Positions 10,360 to 20,444 of a DNA stretch of 64,000 nucleotides are shown one piece after another. The notes under the pieces are model-generated. The model did no database searches, was not told where the DNA came from, and saw only the letters and a list, made by a program, of their open reading frames with translations. The stretch comes from Parcubacteria bacterium C7867-007. Its GTDB lineage: Bacteria > Patescibacteriota > Minisyncoccia > Phycocordibacterales > Phycocordibacteraceae. The translations under genes were made by a program, and so were the position numbers. The DNA lies in the NCBI GenBank assembly GCA_001189195.1, contig LFCQ01000002.1, positions 4,997 through 68,996 on the forward strand, in the 5' to 3' direction. Position 1 is the stretch's first letter, and the number at the start of each line of letters is the position of its first letter.

Positions 10360-10962
10360 TTAGTTACGCAGATTACGAAGCGTCGCAGTTTCTGAAAGAT
10401 TGAACGTGTTCGGTGCACGATTCGGGTTGAGATCTATCCATATCGATATTGTAACCGCTGACACCGCAGCAACATTGGTTGATGTCGCGGACAACGGTAC
10501 CCCTGCATTGTTGTAGTACGTGAATATAGGTGTAGATGACGAGTTACGCACATGAAACGCAACAGTCGTAGTTGCTTCAGGACGACCTGCATAGGAAGGA
10601 GGAAATCCTGCAGAATCAGTCACTCCTCGATAGAATGTTTCATTAGATAGGTAGTAGCGTACTCGTTCAACAGACCCATCGTTATCTAGGTCACTGAAGA
10701 AGGTCATGGAGGAAGTCGCTGCGGCACTAATTGGATAGGTGCCATCGTTTCCATATGATGCCTCACGAATAGAATGGATAGCATCCAGAATAGTGCGTCG
10801 TGCATTATCGAGTGCCGCTGTTTGTTCAAGCAAGAACGCATTCTTCTGATAGAAGAACTGAATCATACCCGAGAGTGCCACGCCAATGCTGCCGAGCATG
10901 GCAATAACAACAAGCATCTCTATGAGGGTGAGCCCCCTTCGCGAGTTAGATCGAGTCTGCAT
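10360..10962 (-). CDS. Prepilin-type minor pilin (PilW-like)
   Basis: RRG/LTLIEMLVVIAM class III signal. Confidence 0.88.
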   Translation of the reverse strand: MQTRSNSRRGLTLIEMLVVIAMLGSIGVALSGMIQFFYQKNAFLLEQTAALDNARRTILDAIHSIREASYGNDGTYPISAAATSSMTFFSDLDNDGSVERVRYYLSNETFYRGVTDSAGFPPSYAGRPEATTTVAFHVRNSSSTPIFTYYNNAGVPLSATSTNVAAVSAVTISIWIDLNPNRAPNTFNLSETATLRNLRN

Positions 10963-12655
10963 AGAAGGTATGACCAAGGATATTTATTCCGCTGGTGTTA
11001 GTTGAAGCGTATCCCGCTTTACTGCTTTGAATGGTGTATGCCGCAGAGGCACCGATATCGCCAAAGTATGCCCCACCGCAGGCACTGGTAGTTACCGTCT
11101 CTGAATATCCCGTGCGTGAAAGGGTTACCGATGCCCCAGGTACCGCAACACCAGCGGAATCACGAACAGAAACAAGAAGTGAGTTAGTAGTTGCGGGACC
11201 TACATACAACGTAGTTTCACTCGTAGTATTGGGTGGAATAGTGTACGGAGGTGCGTTACAAGCATCAACGGTGTCATACCCAGAAAGCCCAAGCTGGTAC
11301 GCATCCCACTCAAGAGTGAGCATGGTACTGCCCGTTGAACCCGTGGTGCTAGCAATTGTTGTCTTGTAGAGTGAAACGCTTGCACCTGTTGATCCAATCG
11401 TCTTTGCTCCCAAGAGCATGAAATCAACATTAGGTACCGGTACGGGTCCACGCATATAACCAATTCCCCACTCCTGTACTTCGGGAGTTGCCATGATGTC
11501 AGTTGAGGAAAGGTCGGCAACGAGAGAAAGTGATGGATAGGTACTCGTTGAAATAGTTGAGAGATCAATCGGGCCCGTAAACCCGGTTGAGTTGCCTGCA
11601 AGCACTCCATCAGGAAGAAGTGCGCCAGAACCATCAGCTACACGTACAACTACCGATGTCCCTGCAGGCGTCACAAGAGTGGAACTAGCTGAAGTCCATG
11701 AATACAGATACGTGGGGGTCAATGGATGCATACGTGCAGAACCACTAGGTTCATAGGGACCACTCGCGTTTGAAAGCACAATCGACCCGACACTTATCGT
11801 TGCATTGGTGAATGAGGAAATATCTGCTCCTGTTGCAAATGAATCAGAGTACGTAGTAGTTGCTATTGGACTAACGGTGCGTACCTGGAACTGCGAAAGG
11901 ATATCAATGGCAAAAGTATTGGTGGTGGTGAGATCTGTCACCACTGTTAGATACCCTGGATTCGGATTCTGGTTTGTTGCATCACGCAGGTATGTTTGTG
12001 CAGAAGAATAGCCAGACTTAGACACATACACCTCGTATTGCGTTGATGTTGCGGCACCCGGAAGATACACAATGCCATCAATATCAGAAAAGGTGGTGAG
12101 GTCCACTGTTGGTGTGGTACTCGCATTCACAATGCGTACTGATGCACCTGTCACCGGTGCACTCGCTGCATTCACCACCACCAGCCTGAGCGTTCCGCCA
12201 CCGGTGGTGGTTTCAAGTCCTATGGGACTGTAGTTTGAAATCATATCAACGGTACGCGTTCTGCCACCGGCCACGTACGTTACCGTTACCTTTATTCGCT
12301 TGTAGTCAGTAATGATTCCGTTTGAGTCTGCCCCTCCCAGTCCATCAGCAGGATCATCTTGGTACGCAATAAATGTGCGCACCGCATATGCTGTTCCGTT
12401 ACTCGTGGTAGTTGAGAATTGCGGTATAGGTCCACCAGGAATACCGCCAAGCGTACCTACGGAGCCATAACTAAGTGAGCGGACATACTCTATCTGGCTA
12501 TCCGCTACAGCCGTAGCAATTGCTTTTGCTTTAGTGAGCTGAGAAATTAATATGGAAGCGCGCAGCAAACCAAAAAGCGCAAGGAAAATAATAAGTATCA
12601 GTGCGGTACCAACAATCACATCGACAAATGACATTCCTCGCATCGGGCGCTGCAT
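10946..12655 (-). CDS. Prepilin-type minor pilin (PilV-like) with carboxypeptidase-regulatory-like beta domains
   Basis: RG/MSFVDVIVG class III-like signal; two V-x-GASV Ser/Thr-rich beta-sandwich repeats. Confidence 0.8.
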   Translation of the reverse strand: MQRPMRGMSFVDVIVGTALILIIFLALFGLLRASILISQLTKAKAIATAVADSQIEYVRSLSYGSVGTLGGIPGGPIPQFSTTTSNGTAYAVRTFIAYQDDPADGLGGADSNGIITDYKRIKVTVTYVAGGRTRTVDMISNYSPIGLETTTGGGTLRLVVVNAASAPVTGASVRIVNASTTPTVDLTTFSDIDGIVYLPGAATSTQYEVYVSKSGYSSAQTYLRDATNQNPNPGYLTVVTDLTTTNTFAIDILSQFQVRTVSPIATTTYSDSFATGADISSFTNATISVGSIVLSNASGPYEPSGSARMHPLTPTYLYSWTSASSTLVTPAGTSVVVRVADGSGALLPDGVLAGNSTGFTGPIDLSTISTSTYPSLSLVADLSSTDIMATPEVQEWGIGYMRGPVPVPNVDFMLLGAKTIGSTGASVSLYKTTIASTTGSTGSTMLTLEWDAYQLGLSGYDTVDACNAPPYTIPPNTTSETTLYVGPATTNSLLVSVRDSAGVAVPGASVTLSRTGYSETVTTSACGGAYFGDIGASAAYTIQSSKAGYASTNTSGINILGHTFYADSI

Positions 12656-12711
12656 ATGCAGCTTATGATAGCGCATGATTTATACTTCTATTATTCATAA
12701 CCATCTTTTAT

Positions 12712-13062
12712 ATGTTAAAAGGACTCCGTTCAGTTATCTATCCCTCTTCAGATTTAGAAACAGACAAGAAGTTTTGGGAGGAAATCACCGGCAAGAAGGC
12801 TTATTTTGATGAACCCTTTTATGTTGGTTTTGATATAAATGGTTTTGAACTTGGCTTGCATCCTGGTGCAGCCGCAGAGGGTATCACCTATCCTGTTTCG
12901 TATTGGCGTGTTGATGACACAAAAGCCGCATCAGAGAAGATTCTTGCTTCAGGCGCTACGCTGCACACCAATCCTGCAGATGTCGGTGATGGTATAACCA
13001 TGACCACCTTCAAAGATAAGGCTGGGAATGTATTTGGAATTATCGAGCACGCATCAAAATAA
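12712..13062 (+). CDS. VOC/glyoxalase family protein
   Basis: FWEEITG...YVGF...ELGL, YWRVDD, FKDKAGNVFGII. Confidence 0.85.
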   Translation: MLKGLRSVIYPSSDLETDKKFWEEITGKKAYFDEPFYVGFDINGFELGLHPGAAAEGITYPVSYWRVDDTKAASEKILASGATLHTNPADVGDGITMTTFKDKAGNVFGIIEHASK

Positions 13063-13065
13063 TGG

Positions 13066-14145
13066 TCAGACGGTCTTTCTTGGGATACCTATATAGGTAA
13101 GGAGATCGTCATAGGAGAGACCTTCAACTCGTGCAACTTCTTCATTGAGGTATGCCATTGCTTCACCAAAGGGAGTATCTTGCTGATCTATATCTCCTTC
13201 AAAGTACCTGAACTCTTTACCAATCTCTGCCTTCAGGCTTTCAGGTTCAATACCATCGAGTTCGGCCTGAAAGCGTTCTTTACGCTTCTGCGCGAAGAAT
13301 GGCTGAAACGTTATGGTGCCAAGAAGTCTCTTTCTATACTCTTCTTCTCTACCATCGACGGTTCCCGTGCGAATTGCTTCAACAATGTCACTGTTATCTT
13401 CGATAGCAATCTGCCTACCACTCATCAGTAGCTTCTCAGGTCCATCCATCCCAAAGTCAGCAAGATCAGCCAGTGCAAGAAAACGAGTAGTGAGTGGTGT
13501 TTCTCTGGTGAGCAGCTTTTGAGTCACCCCTTCCTCTGCACTAAAACTTGGAATTGTTACGTTGATGTCTTCAATATCCTTATCAGGATCAATAGTGAAT
13601 ATAGGATCCTTCCCCGCTTTGATAAGAGCGTTGTTTGCAGCTTCCTTTACAACACTAATACGTGCTGCACTTCGTACTTCGCCTTCTCCAATCTTTCGCT
13701 TACGAATACCATCTGCTTCATAAAACACATGCTCAACATCATGTCCTCCTGCTGCAATAACCGCAGCCGCTTTCTCTGCAGCTGATATGCGACCAGGTTC
13801 AAACGCATTGGTGGCATCAATCAGTCGCTCAACTCGTGATGCTACCAATGCACTGTGTTCCCTATTATGAAATGCTAGTTTTACATCCTGATTCTCTGGA
13901 TTCCCATACTTGTTTTCCACAAGATCCAGAAGAATGTCTCGGCTAATCTCACCAACCTTCTCGATACGTGCGTCTCCTTCCAATCCTTCTAGCACTCCTC
14001 CGGCAAATGATTCCGTTATCTTTTCATCAATAGCTTTGGTGAGGGTTTCAATATCACGCTTCTGACGCATATCAGGGTCCTCCAAATACGAGGGTATTGG
14101 TTCCGCAGAACGGATAGGTTCTCTGCTGAGGAGTCGTTCAAACAT
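13066..14145 (-). CDS. HD-superfamily metal-dependent phosphohydrolase-like protein
   Basis: FHNREH ... AAGGHD ... LALADL arrangement. Confidence 0.65.
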   Translation of the reverse strand: MFERLLSREPIRSAEPIPSYLEDPDMRQKRDIETLTKAIDEKITESFAGGVLEGLEGDARIEKVGEISRDILLDLVENKYGNPENQDVKLAFHNREHSALVASRVERLIDATNAFEPGRISAAEKAAAVIAAGGHDVEHVFYEADGIRKRKIGEGEVRSAARISVVKEAANNALIKAGKDPIFTIDPDKDIEDINVTIPSFSAEEGVTQKLLTRETPLTTRFLALADLADFGMDGPEKLLMSGRQIAIEDNSDIVEAIRTGTVDGREEEYRKRLLGTITFQPFFAQKRKERFQAELDGIEPESLKAEIGKEFRYFEGDIDQQDTPFGEAMAYLNEEVARVEGLSYDDLLTYIGIPRKTV

Positions 14146-14179
14146 GGCCTGATGGTATCACAATAGGATTCATAGGGTA

Positions 14180-14206
14180 TTGGCAGTCTGGGACGATGTT
14201 TGAACC
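14180..14206 (+). repeat. Cassette-boundary site, internal type
   Basis: TTGGCAGTCTGGGACGATGTTTGAACC, 25/27 to consensus CTGGCAGTCTGGGACGATGTTGGAACC. Confidence 0.9.
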
Positions 14207-14216
14207 TTTATATTAG

Positions 14217-14513
14217 TTACAACACAAAGAATGCTCCCAGAATTCCTAGAATGAGTGCCGTCAGGGAAATTAGATTTTGTCCTACTTTGCTCTTTACCAA
14301 AACCACGTCACCATTCTTAGATTTCATAGTCAGGCGCGGATTCATCGCTACAGATCCTAAGAAAACAAAGTACAGCACGTAACCAAACAAGAAGGGAAGT
14401 AACAGTCCAGAAGTCACGCTGTGCTTAATAAGAAAATAATACGGAAGTAATCCAACCCCAAAAATGATAAGTACCCAGCCTGCAATTTTATTCCACGAAT
14501 AGTTCGAATTCAT
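14217..14513 (-). CDS. Small 3-TM hypothetical protein (cassette gene)
   Basis: 98 aa, hydrophobic, AT-rich; flanked by two boundary sites. Confidence 0.75.
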   Translation of the reverse strand: MNSNYSWNKIAGWVLIIFGVGLLPYYFLIKHSVTSGLLLPFLFGYVLYFVFLGSVAMNPRLTMKSKNGDVVLVKSKVGQNLISLTALILGILGAFFVL

Positions 14514-14570
14514 ACCTGAAGTTAAGCACGTTCACTGGTCTTCAAAATTTAGAGGGTGGATAAATGAGTG

Positions 14571-14593
14571 CTGGCAGACTAGGGATCGAACCT
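14571..14593 (+). repeat. Cassette-array terminal site (tRNA 3'-half-like on minus strand)
   Basis: CTGGCAGACTAGGGATCGAACCT; 14572-14593 identical to 29714-29735; overlaps pilC stop codon. Confidence 0.88.
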
Positions 14594-15806
14594 AAATCTC
14601 ACTCGAGAGCGAGTAGATTGGTGCGATCATGGCAAGTGCAAACACACCCACGAATGCACCAATGAAGAGCATGAGAATCGGTTCAATAATAGTAGAGAGG
14701 TCTTTGGTACGATCCTCAACGTCTACTTCATAGTACTCAGCAACCTGGCCGAGCATGTCTGACACCTTTCCAGTCTCCTCTCCCACTGCAATCATGTCGG
14801 TGAAAAGAATCGGGTAGAGCTTTGGGTATGAAAGGAATGTTGCAGAAAGAGGTTCACCTTTTTTAACACGATCAGATGCTTCTACGAGCACTCGACCAAA
14901 GATGTTATCACCCACCACCTCTGACGTGATTTGAATTGCAGAGAGCATTTCAACACCTGAGGAAAGTAGAGATGAAAGAGTACGTGCTGCACGTGCTGCC
15001 ATCGTCTCACGAGTGAGTTCACCAATCACTGGAATACGTAGTGCAATTGCGAGCAATAGAGCGCTTCCCACCTTGGTGCGTATGAATGACATAAAGCCAC
15101 CAATAACCACAATGAATCCAACAACCACAAGAATCACGTTGTTAACCACAAAATCAGACATATCAATGATGACTCGGGTTGCTAGGGGTAGCTCGCTGCC
15201 AAATGATTCGAAGGTACTGGCAAGGGTTGGCACCACAAACATGAGCATGAGTACACCAATAATAGCGATTGCAACAAGAATGATGGAGGGATAGATCATC
15301 GCTCCCTTAACTTTCTTGGTGAGTTGCTCGGAACGATCCATCTGACGTGCAACCACTTTCAACGAATCAGCCAACTTTCCAGACTCTTCACCTGCCTTGG
15401 TCATCGCAATGAACAGTGGAGAGAATACCTTAGGGAACTGCGCAAGACCTTCATGGAAGGAGAGCCCAGATTTCACTGATGTTTCAAGTGCTGTGGTGAC
15501 TTTCTGAAGATACTTGTTGTTTGATTGACGTTCAATAACAGAGAGTGCACGTGAAAGGGTGAGGCCTGCTGAAAGCATTGCTGAGAGATTCTTGGTGAAT
15601 GTAATGCGCTGTTCATTCTTGATGTGACCACCACCAAATTGAATATTTCCTAGTGAGGAGAGACCTCCTCCCTTTGCTTCTTCAACGGTAATAACACTCT
15701 CCCCTGCTTTCTCAATTTCCTCGTATACGGCAAATCGTGTCTGCGCTTCAATGATGCGCTTTGATTGCATCCCATCAGCCTGCTTAACAAGGACCTGAAA
15801 TTTCAT
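14592..15806 (-). CDS. pilC: Type IV pilus platform protein PilC/GspF
   Basis: Two T2SSF repeats (GEESGKL, GEETGKV), AMIYP, IIEPILM. Confidence 0.95.
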   Translation of the reverse strand: MKFQVLVKQADGMQSKRIIEAQTRFAVYEEIEKAGESVITVEEAKGGGLSSLGNIQFGGGHIKNEQRITFTKNLSAMLSAGLTLSRALSVIERQSNNKYLQKVTTALETSVKSGLSFHEGLAQFPKVFSPLFIAMTKAGEESGKLADSLKVVARQMDRSEQLTKKVKGAMIYPSIILVAIAIIGVLMLMFVVPTLASTFESFGSELPLATRVIIDMSDFVVNNVILVVVGFIVVIGGFMSFIRTKVGSALLLAIALRIPVIGELTRETMAARAARTLSSLLSSGVEMLSAIQITSEVVGDNIFGRVLVEASDRVKKGEPLSATFLSYPKLYPILFTDMIAVGEETGKVSDMLGQVAEYYEVDVEDRTKDLSTIIEPILMLFIGAFVGVFALAMIAPIYSLSSEI

Positions 15807-15833
15807 ACCGCTATCGTAGCACGCAGGTGCACG

Positions 15834-17585
15834 CTATTCAGAAATAACACGTAGAACTTCTTCCAAAGAAGTGACACCTCGTGCTGCTTTATACAAACCA
15901 TCTTCAAGCATGTTGAGCATTCCTTCCTTGCGTGCCTGTTCTTCAATAGCATCAGGTGCTGCATTGTGAATAATGAGATCGCGAATAGCAGAAGACACGG
16001 TGAGTACCTCATGGATACCGATACGACTCTTGTATCCATCCTCACATTCTGCCGATGCTTTGGGATGGAAGAATGGAATCTGATCAATACCCGTTCCCTT
16101 TGGCACTAGTTTCTCTTCAATAAGTGCGCTGAGTGCTGATTCAAACTTATCCTTAGGAGCAATCTTTGCACGTGCTGCAGCGTCAGGAGTATAGGCTTCC
16201 TTGTCATCACAAAGGCGGCGTACGAGGCGCTGTCCCACCACAAGGCGTAGGGTGGAAACAAGGAGGAAGGGCTCAACACCCATATCCATAAGGCGAGGAA
16301 TGGCACCTGCTGCTGAGTTAGTGTGGATGGTTGAAAGCACCACGTGTCCGGTGAGTGCTGCGTTAATCGCAAGCGACGCTGTTTCTTTGTCGCGGATCTC
16401 TCCCACCATGATGATGTTCGGGTCCTGACGAAGAAGTGCACGGAGCCCGTCAGCGAAACTGAAACCAATTGCAGGGTTCACCTGTGTTTGATTAACACGC
16501 TTCATCTGATACTCGATTGGATCTTCAATCGTGGAGATGTTTACATCTGGTTGGTTAAGAATATCCAGGATCGTATACAACGTTGTTGTCTTTCCAGAAC
16601 CGGTTGGACCAGATACGAGAATGATTCCTGTTGTCGTCTTCATCGCTCCATGAATACGCTCGAGTGTTTCACCATGGAAACCAAGTGACTCAAGACTAAA
16701 ACCTTCTCCTGTTTCGCGAAGCAAACGCATAACGATCTTTTCACCGTAGTACGTAGGGAGCAGTGACACACGGAACGATACTTTATCGGCATCTGTTTCC
16801 ATTTTGAAACGTCCATCTTGTGGAAGGCGCTTTTCATCAAGCTTAAGGTTTGCAAGCACCTTGATACGCGCAGTGATACCGGATGTTGCTTGCTTTGGCA
16901 GTGTCATCGCGTCATGAAGTGTTCCATCGATGCGATAGCGTACCAACACTTCCATCTCCATCGGTTCAATGTGGATATCTGATGCACCTTGAATGATTGC
17001 GTGACGAAGCAGCGTATCCACAATACGTACGATAGGCAAATCTTCTGCCATCTTCTTGAGTTCGTCACCAGACTTCTCTTCACCATCTGCTTCTCGCACC
17101 AGCGTTAGCTTTCCTGCTTCAGTGGTTATGAGATCCCCAAACTCTTCCTTAAGAGACTTCTGATACTGCATCAAGGAGTGCTTGATGGAATCATCATCGG
17201 TGAGGCGGGGGAGAATCTTCAGGCCTGTCTTCTTTCGTACCGAGTCGATTGCAACAAGGTCTTCAGTATCAAGCATCGCCACCTCCAAATCCTGCAGATT
17301 CCTTCGGAACGCAATGATGTTGTGGGTGCGTGCAATGGGTTCAGGAATGAGCGTAAGTATTTCAAGTGGAATCTTAAGCTCTTTAAGATTCACGAAAGGA
17401 ATACCCAGCACGTATGCTTTGATACGCCGAAGTGCATCACTAGTGAGTGCACCTTGTGATACGAGAATGTCCCCAAGCGACTGCTTTCGCTCCTTTCCTT
17501 CTGCTTCTGCAGCTTCAACTTCCTTCCGTGCAACAAGACCGGAATCAAGAATAAATGCTTTCAATTCGCTTTCAGCAACTTGCAT
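15834..17585 (-). CDS. pilB: Type IV pilus assembly ATPase PilB/GspE
   Basis: ASDIHIEP, RLPQDGR, GPTGSGKTTT, TIEDPIE, LRQDPNIIMVGEIRD, TGHVVLSTIH. Confidence 0.95.
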   Translation of the reverse strand: MQVAESELKAFILDSGLVARKEVEAAEAEGKERKQSLGDILVSQGALTSDALRRIKAYVLGIPFVNLKELKIPLEILTLIPEPIARTHNIIAFRRNLQDLEVAMLDTEDLVAIDSVRKKTGLKILPRLTDDDSIKHSLMQYQKSLKEEFGDLITTEAGKLTLVREADGEEKSGDELKKMAEDLPIVRIVDTLLRHAIIQGASDIHIEPMEMEVLVRYRIDGTLHDAMTLPKQATSGITARIKVLANLKLDEKRLPQDGRFKMETDADKVSFRVSLLPTYYGEKIVMRLLRETGEGFSLESLGFHGETLERIHGAMKTTTGIILVSGPTGSGKTTTLYTILDILNQPDVNISTIEDPIEYQMKRVNQTQVNPAIGFSFADGLRALLRQDPNIIMVGEIRDKETASLAINAALTGHVVLSTIHTNSAAGAIPRLMDMGVEPFLLVSTLRLVVGQRLVRRLCDDKEAYTPDAAARAKIAPKDKFESALSALIEEKLVPKGTGIDQIPFFHPKASAECEDGYKSRIGIHEVLTVSSAIRDLIIHNAAPDAIEEQARKEGMLNMLEDGLYKAARGVTSLEEVLRVISE

Positions 17586-17661
17586 AGAGAGTACGTATGT
17601 AAAAGTATAGCGCGCCGCGATGAAATTCGCGGCGCGCATAGTGATGAAATCGGGGGAAATG

Positions 17662-18228
17662 TTATTTCTGAAACAACGATCTTACCCTCACACTCAAGTC
17701 CTGCTTCAAATGTTCAGGAGCGTTTGTGATCCATGGCATTGGCCTGCAGATATCACAGTGCACACTCCAGACCCAAAGACCAATTCCAGACCCGATACCA
17801 GCGAACTCCTCAAGCACATTCAGCAGTTCATGCATGCGTTCTCCGAGCAGGTGGCCGATCAAGTCACTTCCTGCGTACGCACAGCTGAGTTGCGAGCGCA
17901 GAATATGAAGACGCTCGGGTTCATAGTCTATCTCAAGAATCTCGATAATCATCTGTGATGCAGGCACCTCCGCCCCCAGAGACTTGGCGATGGTCTTATA
18001 CCCTTCAGGTTCCTTGCGGGAAATCGAAATGAAGAGCTCTTCTTTATCCTTGAAGCTATTGAAGACCGCGCCAGTAGACAAGCCACAGGCTGCTACCACA
18101 TCACGGAGCGTTACCTCTTCATATCTTTTTTCTGTGAAGAGCTTTCGTGCAGCCCCGAGTACCTTCTGCTGTGTTTCAAGCTTGGCTAATTGCCGTTTCG
18201 AGAGCTTAGGCTGCACCTGAGCTTTCAT
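17662..18228 (-). CDS. TetR/AcrR family regulator
   Basis: AARKLFTEKRYEEVTLRDVVAACGLSTGAVFNSFKDKEELF HTH. Confidence 0.85.
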   Translation of the reverse strand: MKAQVQPKLSKRQLAKLETQQKVLGAARKLFTEKRYEEVTLRDVVAACGLSTGAVFNSFKDKEELFISISRKEPEGYKTIAKSLGAEVPASQMIIEILEIDYEPERLHILRSQLSCAYAGSDLIGHLLGERMHELLNVLEEFAGIGSGIGLWVWSVHCDICRPMPWITNAPEHLKQDLSVRVRSLFQK

Positions 18229-18412
18229 TTGACATTCCCTTTATTTCTGTTGATCTGGAGAAACCATACCCTTTCTCCTTCATTGACGCAATACCTATAT
18301 ATGGTATCTTTTGAGTATCTGGAATGTCCGCTCTTGCGGGCCTTTCTTTTTAGAAAACCAAGAGTATGTGCGAAAATCACTTATATAGGGCGTACAACTA
18401 AATAACGAAGGT

Positions 18413-19861
18413 ATGTTGGATCTAAAAACAATAAACTCAGTGTTCGGGGAATTTGAAGACCGCGGTATCACCCGCGAAATCATGATGGAAGCTATCGAAA
18501 GCGCGATGGCTACCGCATATAAGAAGGAGTATGGAAAGCGTGGCCAGGTTATCCGTGCCATGGTGGACATGAATAGCGGCACCGTTAACTTTGAACAGGT
18601 GAAGACGATTGTGGACGACACACTCGTTCGCTTCCCTGATGAAGAGGAGATCGCTGCAGAAGAACAGGCTCCGGTACGCCAGTACTTCCCTCATGAAGGC
18701 GAAGAAGTGGTTCCTGAAGGTGAACTCCCTCGCTATGACGCAGAGAAGCACATGCTTCTTGAAGATGCGAAGCGTATTAAGCGTGATGCAGAGCTCGGTG
18801 GTGAAATCGTATTCCCTCTTGAGCCACAAGATGACTTCGGTCGTATTGCTGCGCAGACGGCAAAACAGGTAGTGATCCAGAAGATCCGCGAAGCAGAGAA
18901 GAAGTCTCAGCTCGAGGAGTTTGAGCACAAGAAGGGTGAGGTGGTTACCGGTATCGTGCAGCGTGTTGAGCGTGGCGCTATCTTTATCGACCTTGGCCGT
19001 GCAACAGGTATCATCCCGTACGAGGAACAGATCCCTGGTGAACGGTACCGTTCTGGTGAGCGTATCTCTGCATATCTGTACAACGTTGATGAGGGATTCC
19101 GTGGCGTATATCTTCGCCTCTCCCGTTCACATCCTAAATTCATCATCAAACTCTTTGAGATGGAGGTACCTGAGCTCGCTACTGGCGCGCTTGAGGTTAA
19201 GGGTATCGCTCGTGAGGCAGGTAGTCGCACCAAGATTGCTATCGCTTCAGTTGATCCACACGTAGATCCAGTGGGATCACTTGTTGGTCAGCGTGGTGTA
19301 CGTGTCTCAACTGTTATGGGTGCAATTGGTGGTGAGCGCATCGACATCATTGAATGGTCTGAAGATCAGGCAGCATTCATCAAAGAGTCACTTTCTCCTG
19401 CAACCGTTATGGAAGTGGTACTTGATGAAGATGGTCACCGTGCAACCGTTACGGTTTCCGAGGATCAACAGTCACTTGCTATTGGCCGTGGCGGACAGAA
19501 CGTTCGTCTTGCCGCAAAGCTCACCGGCTGGAACATTGATATCGCCTCAACAGGAGGAGATAGCGTTGCAGAAACTGATCCTAATGAAGGTGCATCCGTA
19601 GAGCGTGTTGAGAAGGGCGAAGAAGCTATTGTTGAAGCAGAGGCAGCACTGGAAAAGGCTGAAGAAGCATTCGAGAATGATCCTGCAAAGGAAGCAGGTG
19701 TTGATGCAGGTGAAACGGATTCAGTTATCACCACTGAAGAAGACACCACTGAAACAACCCTTCCTATGGAAGAAGAATTCGCCTTCTCAGACAACACAGC
19801 ACTCTCTGATACCCAGGAGGCACGTGATGAAAGTGATGAAACAGCAAAAGATAACGCCTAA
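18413..19861 (+). CDS. nusA: Transcription factor NusA with acidic C-terminal tail
   Basis: FGRIAAQTAKQV, S1 and KH domains, AIGRGGQNVRLAAKLTGWNIDI. Confidence 0.97.
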   Translation: MLDLKTINSVFGEFEDRGITREIMMEAIESAMATAYKKEYGKRGQVIRAMVDMNSGTVNFEQVKTIVDDTLVRFPDEEEIAAEEQAPVRQYFPHEGEEVVPEGELPRYDAEKHMLLEDAKRIKRDAELGGEIVFPLEPQDDFGRIAAQTAKQVVIQKIREAEKKSQLEEFEHKKGEVVTGIVQRVERGAIFIDLGRATGIIPYEEQIPGERYRSGERISAYLYNVDEGFRGVYLRLSRSHPKFIIKLFEMEVPELATGALEVKGIAREAGSRTKIAIASVDPHVDPVGSLVGQRGVRVSTVMGAIGGERIDIIEWSEDQAAFIKESLSPATVMEVVLDEDGHRATVTVSEDQQSLAIGRGGQNVRLAAKLTGWNIDIASTGGDSVAETDPNEGASVERVEKGEEAIVEAEAALEKAEEAFENDPAKEAGVDAGETDSVITTEEDTTETTLPMEEEFAFSDNTALSDTQEARDESDETAKDNA

Positions 19862-19866
19862 CACAC

Positions 19867-20385
19867 ATGAATCTTCTTCACGATATTCCTGCGGGCTCTA
19901 AGGATGAAATGAACGTTATTGTTGAGATCAACAAGGGTTCAAAAAATAAGTACGAGATTGATAAGGAGACCGGCATCATTGCGCTTGATCGTGTAATGCA
20001 CTCTGCGCAAGACTACCCCTTCGACTACGGTTTCGTACCGCAGACCCTTTGGGATGATGGTGATGCACTTGATGTGGTACTTCTCACCACGTACCCACTC
20101 TTCCCTGGCCTGCTCGTATCAGCACGCCCTGTTGGCATCATGCACATGATCGATGGCGGCGAGGCAGATGAGAAAGTGATTGCGGTTCCTGTGGGTGACC
20201 CCCGTTTTGCAGAGGTACAAGACCTTGCAGACATAAATAAGCACACGCTCAAGGAAATTGCGCACTTCTTCGCAACGTACAAGCAGATCCAGAAGAAAGA
20301 GGTACAGGTTGGTGAATTTGAGGGTGCAGATGCTGCAAAAGCAGCGTTTGAGCGCTCACGTCAGCTGTATTCAGAAAAGAAATAA
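19867..20385 (+). CDS. ppa: Inorganic pyrophosphatase (family I)
   Basis: KYEIDK, YGFVPQT, DGDALDV, DEKVIAV. Confidence 0.96.
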   Translation: MNLLHDIPAGSKDEMNVIVEINKGSKNKYEIDKETGIIALDRVMHSAQDYPFDYGFVPQTLWDDGDALDVVLLTTYPLFPGLLVSARPVGIMHMIDGGEADEKVIAVPVGDPRFAEVQDLADINKHTLKEIAHFFATYKQIQKKEVQVGEFEGADAAKAAFERSRQLYSEKK

Positions 20386-20408
20386 ACCCGTTCCATTTTG
20401 GGTTCGAG

Positions 20409-20438
20409 AATGATGCCTCTATACTAGAGGCATCATTC
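20409..20438 (+). terminator. Hairpin after ppa
   Basis: AATGATGCCTCTA...TAGAGGGCATCATT near-perfect stem. Confidence 0.6.
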
Positions 20439-20444
20439 TTATAT

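Noticed and set aside
17662-18228. TetR gene as another cassette
   Set aside because: It looks accessory, but no boundary site was found on either flank.
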